Assembly: GCA_910585035.1 (NCBI GenBank)
Contig: CAJUEF010000007.1
Span: forward strand, 1,039-65,038
Direction of reading: 5' to 3'
Source of the DNA: an uncultured Christensenellaceae bacterium
Lineage (GTDB): Bacteria; Bacillota; Clostridia; Christensenellales; MGBC116941
Length of the DNA: 64,000 bases
Shown: positions 8,356-17,288 of the stretch, one piece after another
Layout: every line of letters starts with the position of its first letter
How positions within the stretch are numbered: the stretch's first letter is position 1
Program-made: the position numbers and the translations under genes
The notes under the pieces: model-generated
Database searches by the model: none
Told to the model about the DNA's origin: nothing
Seen by the model: only the letters and a program-made list of their open reading frames with translations

Positions 8356-9666
8356 TTATACTTTTCGTTTTTTATTTTTACCAAACAAGAAATATCCGCC
8401 AAATATAACAGTGACAATTATAATTGCAGCAATAAGCCTGCCATTTCCACCAGGCGTATTTACCTGCCTGGTAAATGCCTTTATTCGCAAATTCATATTA
8501 CCTACAAGGCTGATTTCCTCCCAGCTAATTCCATCCATGCTTATATAGCTCTGTTCTTTATAGGAATTAGCCTCGCAGCTGATTATATCATTTCCATGTG
8601 TCCCCTTAACTGTTCCGTCTGTATCCAGAGGTAAATATACATTTTCGTTGGATTTTAACCGCACAACAATTGCAAACTCATCGTCTTTATTAAGCATAAT
8701 CGGTTCTTTGAACTTTACAGTATAATATCCTGCTTGCGTTGTTGTTCCACTAACCAGCAATCCCTTTTTTTCATTGTTAGCCAAATATCCGCTTGCTGGG
8801 TTTTTTCCCCACGATGGATTTAAGTAAACTCTCACCTCATAATCAACATTTTCATTACTGTTCACAAAAAAGGACGCATATTCCAGTGCTTCCTCCCTGT
8901 TGCTTATAAACATATTGCACATATACCCTGTATGCCCAAAACAGACATCTTTATCATGGGTATAACCGCCGTCAAACTGATATGCTTTGTCATAATCGGG
9001 CAAGCTGCAATCAATAGCGATAGCTGTACTTCCAATTGAGCTATCATAGTAAGATATGTAAGAATAACCGCCATCAAAAATGCTGTCTTTAATTTGCCAT
9101 GCGCCACTTTCATTTGGGGCGATTTCAAAGGAGGATGCGGCATAATCGTCATCCCAGCCGGTTATAACAGCCTGTCTGCTTACAACTGACTTTTTTGCAG
9201 CGCTGTTGCTGTTATCACCTTTTGTATAAGTGCCTTTGTATTCATAGGAAATGAGCACTCCTCCATAATTATTTATTGCCTGCTTAATCTCATCCCTTTT
9301 ACTCATATCTATTCTGTACATCCCTGTCACGGCAACTCCCGTATTTTCCAGACCCGCCATTCCTGCAAGAAAATACTCGGCTGTATAACCTGTTTTATCA
9401 ACCCCGTCTTCTAAAATAGTAATTATTTCTCCTTGCTGACCCCTATCAGCAATATGCTGTTTTAGCATATCCACTGTCATCCCATGCTCCGCCACACCTT
9501 TTTTGGCAAGAGAAAGAGTTACTGCATCATAAATTGCACTGCACATACTGTCATATCCCGGAGTTTCAGATTCAAGTATCGCCGTATATTCTGCAGTCTG
9601 AGCGCTGCTAAAAGTAATCCCAAAAATAAAAAACACACTTAAAACGCATATAAGAAACTTTTTCAT
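8356..9666 (-). CDS. Cell-surface papain-like (C1-like) domain protein with C-terminal membrane anchor; catalytic residues appear substituted
   Basis: Signal peptide present. Motifs AVITGWDDDY and GAWQIKDSIFDGGYSYISYYD resemble bacterial C1 peptidase HAVxIVGWDD and KNSWG..GYxYISY. C-terminal TM plus KNKKRKV. Confidence 0.6.
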   Translation of the reverse strand: MKKFLICVLSVFFIFGITFSSAQTAEYTAILESETPGYDSMCSAIYDAVTLSLAKKGVAEHGMTVDMLKQHIADRGQQGEIITILEDGVDKTGYTAEYFLAGMAGLENTGVAVTGMYRIDMSKRDEIKQAINNYGGVLISYEYKGTYTKGDNSNSAAKKSVVSRQAVITGWDDDYAASSFEIAPNESGAWQIKDSIFDGGYSYISYYDSSIGSTAIAIDCSLPDYDKAYQFDGGYTHDKDVCFGHTGYMCNMFISNREEALEYASFFVNSNENVDYEVRVYLNPSWGKNPASGYLANNEKKGLLVSGTTTQAGYYTVKFKEPIMLNKDDEFAIVVRLKSNENVYLPLDTDGTVKGTHGNDIISCEANSYKEQSYISMDGISWEEISLVGNMNLRIKAFTRQVNTPGGNGRLIAAIIIVTVIFGGYFLFGKNKKRKV

Positions 9667-9759
9667 TTAACGCCACGGTATACAGCTCCTTTGCAAAACG
9701 AAGTAAAACCGCAATGCTCAATAGCTGCATAACCCCTTTCTAAAATTTCTGTTTTTAAT

Positions 9760-10596
9760 TTAGCTTATATTTGCCACTACTATATTCGGGCGGTTAAAAA
9801 GACGCAAAGGAAATCCACTATTCCCAAGCCCTCTGCTCACTATCATATAGGGACAACCGCCATGAAGCCCTTGATAAAACCGTGGATGAATTCCCTGTCC
9901 CGGAGCAAACACACCACCAAAAAAAGGAAGACGAAACTGTCCGCCGTGAGCATGACCACTGAACTGAATATCAAAATCATATTTTTTATACCTATAGCCT
10001 GCACTGCTGTCAAAATTTTCGGGAAAATGAGACAAGACAATTTTTATACCTTTTCTTCCCTTAAGCTCATTAAAATACTCCTCGTTATCAGTGTATACAA
10101 AAGTCCCGCGTCTTCGTTCTTTATAATTCTCTTTGGACGCCTGATTTTCATCCAACCCTAAAAACACTATATGGCTATTTTTAACGTCAATTTCTTTAAA
10201 GCTGTTTTTAAGGACATGTACGCCCCCGTTTTCAAGCTGTTTCCCTATATAATCAAAGTAAGCTGTTCTGTGCTCATGATTTCCATAAATATAAAAAACA
10301 GGACATAGCCTTGCTAAGCCGGCAACAAACGCAGTTGTCTCATCTATCCTTTTTGCGCTGTCATCGATTAAATCTCCGGTAAAAACAATTATATCCGGAT
10401 TAAGCGCCTTTATCTTATTATAAAGCCTGCAATTACCCTCGCCAAACTGTTTGCTGTGCAAATCAGAAAGATGCACAATTTTTAAAGGCTCATTTATTCC
10501 AAGTTTTACATTATAAGAAGTAACCTCTAAATGATTATTGCTGTAATAGCAAAAACAGATTAAAAAAATAAGGATTAAAGCCACATAAATCCACAT
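9760..10596 (-). CDS. Membrane-anchored metallophosphoesterase (YkuE/YaeI-like)
   Basis: Motifs HLSDLH, GDLID, GNHEH and GHAHGG. N-terminal TM helix. Confidence 0.8.
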   Translation of the reverse strand: MWIYVALILIFLICFCYYSNNHLEVTSYNVKLGINEPLKIVHLSDLHSKQFGEGNCRLYNKIKALNPDIIVFTGDLIDDSAKRIDETTAFVAGLARLCPVFYIYGNHEHRTAYFDYIGKQLENGGVHVLKNSFKEIDVKNSHIVFLGLDENQASKENYKERRRGTFVYTDNEEYFNELKGRKGIKIVLSHFPENFDSSAGYRYKKYDFDIQFSGHAHGGQFRLPFFGGVFAPGQGIHPRFYQGLHGGCPYMIVSRGLGNSGFPLRLFNRPNIVVANIS

Positions 10597-11444
10597 TATT
10601 TTTTATCCGCTCCTTCTATAAGCAATTCCAAGGTTTCCTTAATTCCCGGCAAACTTATTTTAAATCCCATATTGTTTTTTGTTTTATCAAAATCATTATG
10701 ATAGTCACCGCCACAGGTAGCAAACAGTTTTAACTTTTTGGAAAGCTCCAAAAATAAATTTACATGTTCAGCATAATGACACGGATAATACACTTCAACG
10801 CCATCCAGCCCCATTGCCTTATACCTGGTTAAAAGATCTGCAAACTCCTCATGATTATATCTGAGCAGTTTTGGATGGGCAAGCACCGCTATTCCTCCAG
10901 CCTTATGTATAATATCAATGCCTTCGCTTACATCCATCTTTTTATAAGGTACATAATATTTACACCCTGTGCCTATATACTTTTTAAACACATCTCTAAC
11001 ACTTTTTCCATAGCCCTTTTCTATTAAAGCTGCCGCAACATGAGGCCTTCCCATAACCTTACCGCAACAATGTTTTTTCACATCATCCATTGTAATTCCA
11101 AAACCGGCTTTGCTTAGCCCGTCTATAATTTTCTTCATTCTGCTCAGGCGGGATTCCTGAAGGCTGTAAAGCATTTGTTTAAGCTCTTCATTATCACTGC
11201 TAATGTTATATCCGAGAATATGGGTATCTTTTTCATCATAACAGCTCAGCTCTATTCCCGGAATAAAAATTATGTTTCGGATTTTCGCTTCATTTTTTGC
11301 CTGCTCCAAGCCATCAATACAATCATGATCCGTAAGCGCCATAACGCTGATATTTCTTTTTTCTGCAACACACACAAGTTCTTTTGGACTTTTATCGCCG
11401 TCAGAAAGGCAGCTGTGCATATGCAGATCTGCATATTCCATCAT
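10596..11444 (-). CDS. PHP-domain phosphoesterase (TrpH/YciV-like)
   Basis: ADLHMHSCLSDG and ALTDHD motifs, typical of the PHP family. Confidence 0.8.
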   Translation of the reverse strand: MMEYADLHMHSCLSDGDKSPKELVCVAEKRNISVMALTDHDCIDGLEQAKNEAKIRNIIFIPGIELSCYDEKDTHILGYNISSDNEELKQMLYSLQESRLSRMKKIIDGLSKAGFGITMDDVKKHCCGKVMGRPHVAAALIEKGYGKSVRDVFKKYIGTGCKYYVPYKKMDVSEGIDIIHKAGGIAVLAHPKLLRYNHEEFADLLTRYKAMGLDGVEVYYPCHYAEHVNLFLELSKKLKLFATCGGDYHNDFDKTKNNMGFKISLPGIKETLELLIEGADKK

Positions 11445-11830
11445 TTAATTTTATCGTTTACTTTCTTTAAAAATCTTTCGTTATCAACAATAAAACGCTC
11501 ATGTATTCCTTTGCCGATAACGCCAAATTCATCATAGGCCTCTACCTTAAAAACAAGTTTTCTTCCCTCAATAGCCGTTAGCTCGCAATCACAATATACC
11601 TTTGCGCCAATAGGTGTTGGGCTGTCATGAGTTACATCCAGCTTTGTGCCAACAGTGCTTTGACCTTTTTCAACCTTATCCCTAACGCAGTAAAAACATG
11701 CTTCTTCCATAAGCAAAATTAAAAACGGCGTTCCAAACACATCCAATGCACCGCTGCCAACAGAAGATGCAAGCTGGTCTTTTGTAACCGTTTTTTCCAT
11801 TCTGTATTTCATACCTGTATTTAATGCCAT
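11441..11830 (-). CDS. Hotdog-fold thioesterase (fluoroacetyl-CoA thioesterase-like family)
   Basis: 129 aa. ..DQLASSVGSGALDVFGTPFLILLMEEA.. is typical of this family. GAGGAG RBS 7 nt upstream. Confidence 0.7.
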   Translation of the reverse strand: MALNTGMKYRMEKTVTKDQLASSVGSGALDVFGTPFLILLMEEACFYCVRDKVEKGQSTVGTKLDVTHDSPTPIGAKVYCDCELTAIEGRKLVFKVEAYDEFGVIGKGIHERFIVDNERFLKKVNDKIK

Positions 11831-11970
11831 TTAATATCTCCTCAATAATTAAAACAAATTTTTAATGTTATTATTATACACTATTTTTCATCGTTTATCA
11901 TTAAAAAATATTTTGTTGAAGAACAAAAAATAATATTAATACAATTACAAGTAAAGACAGACTAAAAATA

Positions 11971-11998
11971 AAAAAGCTGCCTTGCAGCAGCTTTTTTA
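11971..11998 (-). terminator. Intrinsic terminator downstream of tRNA-Ser(UGA)
   Basis: On the minus strand, AAGCUGC..GCAGCUU stem followed by UUUUUUAUUU. Confidence 0.75.
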
Positions 11999-12002
11999 TT
12001 TA

Positions 12003-12091
12003 TGGCGGAGAGTTAGGGATTCGAACCCTAGGTACCTCTCGGTATCACTAGTTTTCAAGACTAGCTCCTTAAACCACTCGGACATCTCTCC
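12003..12091 (-). tRNA. tRNA-Ser (anticodon UGA)
   Basis: Reverse complement is GGAGAGATGTCCGAGTGG..CTAGT-CTTGAAA-ACTAG..long variable arm..GGGTTCGAATCCC..CTCTCCGCCA. The cloverleaf is readable by eye. Confidence 0.9.
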
Positions 12092-12311
12092 AAAGGATGC
12101 TTTAATATTATAGCAAGTTTATATTAATATGTCAATTAATTTTTAGAATAAATTGACATAAAACTATTTTAATGCTAACTTTATAAATAAGGAAAACTTA
12201 TTACAGCAAAAAACTTTCAAACGCTTACACTTTATCTTATGCTAACAAGACATGTAAGTAAGGAAATAATAAAAACATCTTTATTAAAGTAAATTCTCGA
12301 CCGGAGGAATA

Positions 12312-13034
12312 ATGGATATACAGCTAAAAGACGTATCCTTTGGATACGGAAAAGAATGTATTTTAAAAAATATAAATGCAGATATAGAAAAGGGAGATTT
12401 TGTTGCACTCGTAGGCAGCAATGGCACGGGCAAATCCACATTAATAAAACTAATGCTTAAAATAAAAACAGGTTATACCGGTTCAATTAGTCTGTTAGGC
12501 ACTGACATATCAGGTAAATTCGATTACCGTAAAATAGGTTACGTAGCTCAAAAACCTGTTATAAGCCATTTCCCCGCAACTGTTTATGAAGTTATAACCG
12601 GCAGCAAAGGAGATATGAGCAGAGTTAAGGAATTGCTTAAAACAGTAAGTCTTGAGGGATTTGAAAAGGCTCTTATAGGCAACCTTTCAGGCGGTCAGCT
12701 GCAAAAGACCTTTATTGCAAGGGCGCTGTACAACAATCCCTCTTTGCTTATACTGGACGAACCAACGGTTGGCATAGACCATCAAAGTACCCTTTCTATA
12801 TGTAAAATACTTAATGATTTGAATAAAAAACAAGGCATGACAATATTAATGACAACTCATACTTTTCCTTATATAGAGAGTTATATTAACAAGGTGCTGT
12901 TTTTGGATAGCTGCGGTCACGCTGCCCTATACAAATCCTCAGAAATGACGGAGGAGGATATGTGCCGTATTTACGATCATCCCCGTAAGTTCCATAAAGG
13001 CGGCGCAGCTCATAAAAGCTGCGAATGCAGTTAA
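12312..13034 (+). CDS. Metal (Zn/Mn-type) ABC transporter ATP-binding protein, ZnuC-like
   Basis: Walker A GSNGTGKST, signature LSGGQLQK, Walker B LILDEPT. Paired with an ABC-3 permease. Confidence 0.8.
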   Translation: MDIQLKDVSFGYGKECILKNINADIEKGDFVALVGSNGTGKSTLIKLMLKIKTGYTGSISLLGTDISGKFDYRKIGYVAQKPVISHFPATVYEVITGSKGDMSRVKELLKTVSLEGFEKALIGNLSGGQLQKTFIARALYNNPSLLILDEPTVGIDHQSTLSICKILNDLNKKQGMTILMTTHTFPYIESYINKVLFLDSCGHAALYKSSEMTEEDMCRIYDHPRKFHKGGAAHKSCECS

Positions 13035-13052
13035 TTTAAGGAGATATATATT

Positions 13053-13847
13053 ATGGAAATATTCGCATATGAATTTATGCAAAAAGCATTTATAGTGGCT
13101 CTTTGTATAAGCGTAATAACTCCGCTTATAGGCGGAATAATAGTGCTTAAAGGGCTTTCCAACATGGGTGAAGCCCTTTCTCATACTGCCCTTTCAGGCA
13201 TAGCCCTCGGGCTTATACTGGGAATAAATCCACTTATTGGTGCTATTTGTTTTGCCCTTGTTGCAGCGCTGTTAATTGAAGGTATATCCCGCATGTTTTC
13301 GGGCTTTTCCGAAATAGCTACCACTGTTGTTCTCGCCCTTGGAATTGGGCTTGCATCTATTTTATCAGGCTTCATAGGGAATGCCGCCACACTAAACAGC
13401 TATATGTTTGGCAGTATTGTTGCAACTACAGACCTTGAAGTATCTCTCACTGTGATATTAAGCGCTCTCATTATAATCATATACATTATTAATTATAAAA
13501 ACCTGTTTCAAATCGCTTTTGACCAGCAAAACGCAAGACTTAACGGAATTAAAGTAAATACAGTTAATTTTATGTTTATGCTGCTAACGGCAATAACCGT
13601 CGCTTTATCCTGTAAAACCGTTGGAGCGCTTATTGTATCCTCTCTCATGGTTATTCCCGTTGCATGCAGTATGCGAGTTTCAAAAAGCTATTTTTCCGGT
13701 GTTATTATATCCATAGCATTTGCTGCTGCTTTTACCCTTGGCGGACTTATTATTTCTTATTACTGGGATATTAAGCCAGGGGGAACTATAGTTTTAATTG
13801 GTGTAGCTGTTCTTATTTTATTATCTCTTTTTAAAAGAGATAAATAG
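13053..13847 (+). CDS. Metal ABC transporter permease (ABC-3 family, ZnuB-like)
   Basis: 264 aa, about 8 TM segments, with the typical ABC-3 N-terminus (FMQKAFIVALCISVITPLIGGIIVLKGLS). Confidence 0.8.
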   Translation: MEIFAYEFMQKAFIVALCISVITPLIGGIIVLKGLSNMGEALSHTALSGIALGLILGINPLIGAICFALVAALLIEGISRMFSGFSEIATTVVLALGIGLASILSGFIGNAATLNSYMFGSIVATTDLEVSLTVILSALIIIIYIINYKNLFQIAFDQQNARLNGIKVNTVNFMFMLLTAITVALSCKTVGALIVSSLMVIPVACSMRVSKSYFSGVIISIAFAAAFTLGGLIISYYWDIKPGGTIVLIGVAVLILLSLFKRDK

Positions 13848-13855
13848 TTTATGTG

Positions 13856-13890
13856 AAAAAATCCTCATTCAAAAGAATGAGGATTTTTAT
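13856..13890. terminator. Bidirectional intrinsic terminator
   Basis: AATCCTCATTC-aaaa-GAATGAGGATT stem flanked by an A-run and a T-run, between convergent genes. Confidence 0.8.
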
Positions 13891-13904
13891 TTACTAACCT
13901 TTAA

Positions 13905-14306
13905 TTAAGCTCTTGGCTGTTTTTGACCGCAGTAAGGACAAAAGGCAAAGGACTTTTCCAGCTTGTTTTTACACACTGGGCAAACTTCATTAGCATAATT
14001 TACGTTGCTTTTTTCATCTGTACAGGTTTCATTAAAGCCTTGGTTAAAATCTGAATTATTATTAGACATATTCTCGAATTTATGGAGAACAAAGCCGCCG
14101 GATTTCATTTGATTGTATTCGTCCTTTGTAATTTCCATATCTCGTCCATCCTTTGAAATAAAGAAAACTTTTGAGGTATTTATAAGGGGTATAAAGAAAA
14201 GAGAAAAGTAGTTGGCAATATAAAATATAATATACCTTCTGCCATTGTTATCATACACTGTCATTTCTCCGCCTTTTCTTTTACCAAAACCAAAAATTAT
14301 AAACAT
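13905..14306 (-). CDS. Zinc-ribbon domain protein with N-terminal hydrophobic segment
   Basis: C-terminal CPVCKN..CPYCG zinc ribbon. AAGGAG RBS 6 nt upstream. Confidence 0.6.
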   Translation of the reverse strand: MFIIFGFGKRKGGEMTVYDNNGRRYIIFYIANYFSLFFIPLINTSKVFFISKDGRDMEITKDEYNQMKSGGFVLHKFENMSNNNSDFNQGFNETCTDEKSNVNYANEVCPVCKNKLEKSFAFCPYCGQKQPRA

Positions 14307-14385
14307 AGAAAACTCCTTTAAACAGCTTGTTTGTTTTTAAGTATAACACATATAACGCTTTTATTTCAACAGCATATTATATACG

Positions 14386-14400
14386 GGTATACAGTATACC
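14386..14400. promoter_or_regulatory. Perfect 7-1-7 palindrome GGTATACAGTATACC; candidate metal-regulator operator
   Basis: Seen directly, in the intergenic region shared by the divergent 13905-14306 gene and csoR. Confidence 0.4.
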
Positions 14401-14464
14401 TATACTATATTTTAAAATTATAAATTTTAGAAAATTGAATAAATATATTATTAATAATGGGGTA

Positions 14465-14493
14465 TTGACAAATATATTTTATGGTTTTATCAT
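14465..14493 (+). promoter_or_regulatory. Sigma-A type promoter of the csoR-ATPase operon, TTGACA-17 nt-TATCAT
   Basis: TTGACA at 14465-14470 and TATCAT at 14488-14493. Confidence 0.55.
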
Positions 14494-14513
14494 TAAGCCA
14501 TAAATACGGATAT

Positions 14514-14531
14514 GGGGTATAGGTATATACC
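14514..14531. promoter_or_regulatory. GGGGTATAGGTATATACC with palindromic core GGTATATACC; candidate CsoR-type operator
   Basis: Lies between the predicted transcription start and the csoR RBS. It shares the GGTATA/TATACC half-sites with 14386-14400. Confidence 0.45.
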
Positions 14532-14547
14532 GAGTATGGAGGCAGCT

Positions 14548-14826
14548 ATGAAATGTGAAGTTCATAACAATAAAGATGTAATTAAACGACTGAACCGTTT
14601 ACAGGGACAAATTGGCGGTATTAAAACAATGATTGAGGATAACCGCACCTGTGAAGAAGTGCTTGTGCAAATAAGCGCAGTTAATTCAGCGCTGCATAAG
14701 GTGGCGCAAATGGTCCTTGAAGACCATTTGGGGCACTGCGTTGTTCGCGGAATTGAAACAGGCAAAAAAGAAGAATCCATTGAAGAACTTATAAAAAGCG
14801 TTGAACAGTATTCAAGAATAAAGTAG
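14548..14826 (+). CDS. csoR: CsoR/RcnR-family metal-sensing transcriptional repressor
   Basis: ..RLNRLQGQIGGIKTMIEDNRTCEEVLVQISAV..LEDHLGHC.. gives DUF156 family motifs with a C..H-x3-C ligand pattern. GGAGG lies 5 nt before the ATG at 14548. Confidence 0.85.
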   Translation: MKCEVHNNKDVIKRLNRLQGQIGGIKTMIEDNRTCEEVLVQISAVNSALHKVAQMVLEDHLGHCVVRGIETGKKEESIEELIKSVEQYSRIK

Positions 14827-14835
14827 GTGATTAAA

Positions 14836-16812
14836 ATGAAAAAATTAAAGCAGGCAAACTTTCATCAGCCAAGGGATTTTGGCAGCAGCATAGATGATAA
14901 TTATAAAAATGAACATGACCATCACGAGCACGTCCATGATGACTGTGATGAATGTAATGAAGGCGGTGTAAGCTGTTCGTGCTGCAGCAGTTCCGGGGGA
15001 CACGACCACAAGACTGAAAATAAATATATTACTTATGGTGTTTTAGGCGTTTCAGTTATCAGCCTTATACTTGGGTATATGAATATAAACATATTTGGAA
15101 TAAACGTATCCTTGGCGGCCACTGTTCTTTGCGGTGTTCCTATTGCTATTGATGCGGTTAAAAGCCTTATTAATGGCTTTAAGATAACAACTAATTTGCT
15201 CATTACCATTGCTATAATCGCCGCAGTTGCAATAGGTGAGCTGTTTGCAGCGGCTGAAGTTGCGTTTATTATGACTCTTGGTGAAATGCTGGAAGAATAC
15301 ACACTAAAAAAAGCAAATAAAGGGCTTAGTACGCTAATTTCATACGCCCCGAAAATCGCTCACCTTTTAAATGGCAAAGATGTGAATGCTAAGGATTTAA
15401 AGGTTGGCGATGTAGTGCTTATTAAAAACGGAGAATCTGTACCTGTGGATGGTATTATTATTGAGGGAGAAAGCAACATTGATCAAAGCATGGTTACCGG
15501 TGAAAGCGAGCCTGTTCACAAATCTGCCGACGATATGGTATACGAAGGCACTGTAAACGGTGAAGGCGCCCTTACTGTAAAAGCAACCCATTCCGGCAAG
15601 GATTCTACTCTTTCACGGATGATTGCTCTGGTTAAACGCGCGCAAAATGAAAAAGCAAACACCGTTAAAATAACCGATAAAATTGCAGGCTATATTGTTC
15701 CTATATCCGTGCTTACTTCCATAGGCGTTTATATATTTACAGGGGAAGTTGTAAGGGCGGTAACTATTTTGGTTGTATTTTGTCCCTGTTCTTTGGTGCT
15801 GTCTATGCCAACGGCTATAATGGCATGTATAGGCAGAGCAACTAAAATGGGCGTGCTTATAAAATCCGGGCAGGCAATAGAAAACCTTTGGTCGGCAGAC
15901 ACAGTTATTACAGATAAAACAGGCACGCTTACCCACGGCAAAATGAATGTAAGCGCCGTTATAGGCGACATGCAGCAGGTTGTATCTGCTGCAGCAATGG
16001 CTGAGAGCATGTCCTCACACCCTATTGCAAAAGCAGTTATTACCTATGCTAAAGAACAAAATATAAAGCCCCAAAAAGGAGAAAGCTTTAAAAACATAAG
16101 CGGTAAAGGTATAGTTTGCGGTGATGTGGCTGTTGGAAACGACAAGCTTCTTAAAGAACTCAATATCTCTTGTGAAAACAGTTTAATGGAAAAAATTGCA
16201 AACGCTGAAAAGGATGGCAGTAAGGCCCTTTATGTATCAAAAGGTGGAAAGCTTATTGGCGCAGTTACAGTTAAGGATACTATTCGTAATTCTGCTAAGA
16301 CGGCTGTTGCTAAAATGAAAGACATGGGTATTACGGTTGTCATGGCTACAGGTGATAAAAAACATATTGCAGATACAGTTGGTTCAAGCGTTGGTGTGAA
16401 CGAGGTTCGTGCAGACCTGCTCCCTGAAGATAAGGTTTCACTTGTAGACGAGCTGCACAACATGGGCAGAAAAGTAATAATGGTTGGCGATGGCGTTAAT
16501 GATGCTCCTGCCCTTGCAAAGGCTAACGTAGGTATTGCAATGGGAGCTATTGGAAGCGATGTGGCTATTGAAACTGCAGATGTTGCTCTTATGAACGATG
16601 AAATTGCCAATGTTCCAAAAACCGTTGCTCTTGCTAAAAAGACAAAAATAACGGTTTCCGTAAACATTTTTGCGTCTATTGCCCTTAGCCTGTTTGCAGT
16701 TATATTTGCCGGTACCGGTGATATAGGCCCTGTTGCCGGCGCACTTATTCACAATCTTGGCGCTATTGTGGTTGTTCTTAACTCCATTTGGCTGTTTTAC
16801 AAAAAAGTGTAA
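14836..16812 (+). CDS. Heavy-metal translocating P1B-type ATPase
   Basis: Motifs TGES, CPC (VVFCPCSLV), DKTGTLT and GDGVNDAP. His/Cys-rich N-terminus (HDHHEHVHDDCDECNEGGVSCSCCSS) instead of a CxxC HMA domain. Confidence 0.9.
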   Translation: MKKLKQANFHQPRDFGSSIDDNYKNEHDHHEHVHDDCDECNEGGVSCSCCSSSGGHDHKTENKYITYGVLGVSVISLILGYMNINIFGINVSLAATVLCGVPIAIDAVKSLINGFKITTNLLITIAIIAAVAIGELFAAAEVAFIMTLGEMLEEYTLKKANKGLSTLISYAPKIAHLLNGKDVNAKDLKVGDVVLIKNGESVPVDGIIIEGESNIDQSMVTGESEPVHKSADDMVYEGTVNGEGALTVKATHSGKDSTLSRMIALVKRAQNEKANTVKITDKIAGYIVPISVLTSIGVYIFTGEVVRAVTILVVFCPCSLVLSMPTAIMACIGRATKMGVLIKSGQAIENLWSADTVITDKTGTLTHGKMNVSAVIGDMQQVVSAAAMAESMSSHPIAKAVITYAKEQNIKPQKGESFKNISGKGIVCGDVAVGNDKLLKELNISCENSLMEKIANAEKDGSKALYVSKGGKLIGAVTVKDTIRNSAKTAVAKMKDMGITVVMATGDKKHIADTVGSSVGVNEVRADLLPEDKVSLVDELHNMGRKVIMVGDGVNDAPALAKANVGIAMGAIGSDVAIETADVALMNDEIANVPKTVALAKKTKITVSVNIFASIALSLFAVIFAGTGDIGPVAGALIHNLGAIVVVLNSIWLFYKKV

Positions 16813-16814
16813 CT

Positions 16815-16882
16815 TTTGTTTTTTTACTTTTCTTTTTCCTACTTCTCTTTTTAAAAAAAGAGAAGTAGGAAGAGAAAAACTA
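16815..16882. repeat. Hairpin repeat element, copy A (core stem 16838-16869)
   Basis: 15-bp perfect stem CCTACTTCTCTTTTT / AAAAAGAGAAGTAGG with flank AAGAGAAAAACTA. Positions 16832-16882 match 63391-63441 at 50 of 51 nt. Lies between convergent genes. Confidence 0.85.
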
Positions 16883-16911
16883 TATACCTAACCAACTGTG
16901 ATTTTCATTAA

Positions 16912-17061
16912 TTATTTTTCACGCTCATATGTTACAACTATACCATATCCAACTGCCATATTAGGACTGACGGCAATAACACGCCATCCCTCAATTGCAA
17001 GTTTATTCATTTCTACCTCTGCCCCTTTAATCTTGTATGTTTCAACTTTGTACTCGTACAT
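16912..17061 (-). CDS. DUF4177-like small protein (49 aa)
   Basis: Not in the ORF track. MYEYKVETYKIKGAEVEMNKLAIEGWRVIAVSPNMAVGYGIVVTYEREK. AAAGGAGGA RBS 7 nt upstream. Confidence 0.6.
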   Translation of the reverse strand: MYEYKVETYKIKGAEVEMNKLAIEGWRVIAVSPNMAVGYGIVVTYEREK

Positions 17062-17231
17062 AAATTTCCTCCTTTAAATCCTAATTTATATAATTGATTA
17101 TAAAATATTTTACCTGTTTTTAGGCTAATCTTTAATAGGTGTACAATTTGAAAAAAAATATAAAGCTCCCACTTTCATAAATGGGAGTTTTTCTTAAATA
17201 TTTACTATAATACATTATGCCGCAAACTGGT

Positions 17232-17288
17232 TTTCTTTTTGCTTCTTTTTCTTTTTTCTAAAAGAAAAAGAAGAGAAAAAACTTTATC
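17232..17288. repeat. Hairpin repeat element, copy B (core stem 17243-17274)
   Basis: 14-bp perfect stem CTTCTTTTTCTTTT-ttct-AAAAGAAAAAGAAG with flank AGAAAAAACTTTATC. Abuts the tetR stop codon. Confidence 0.8.
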
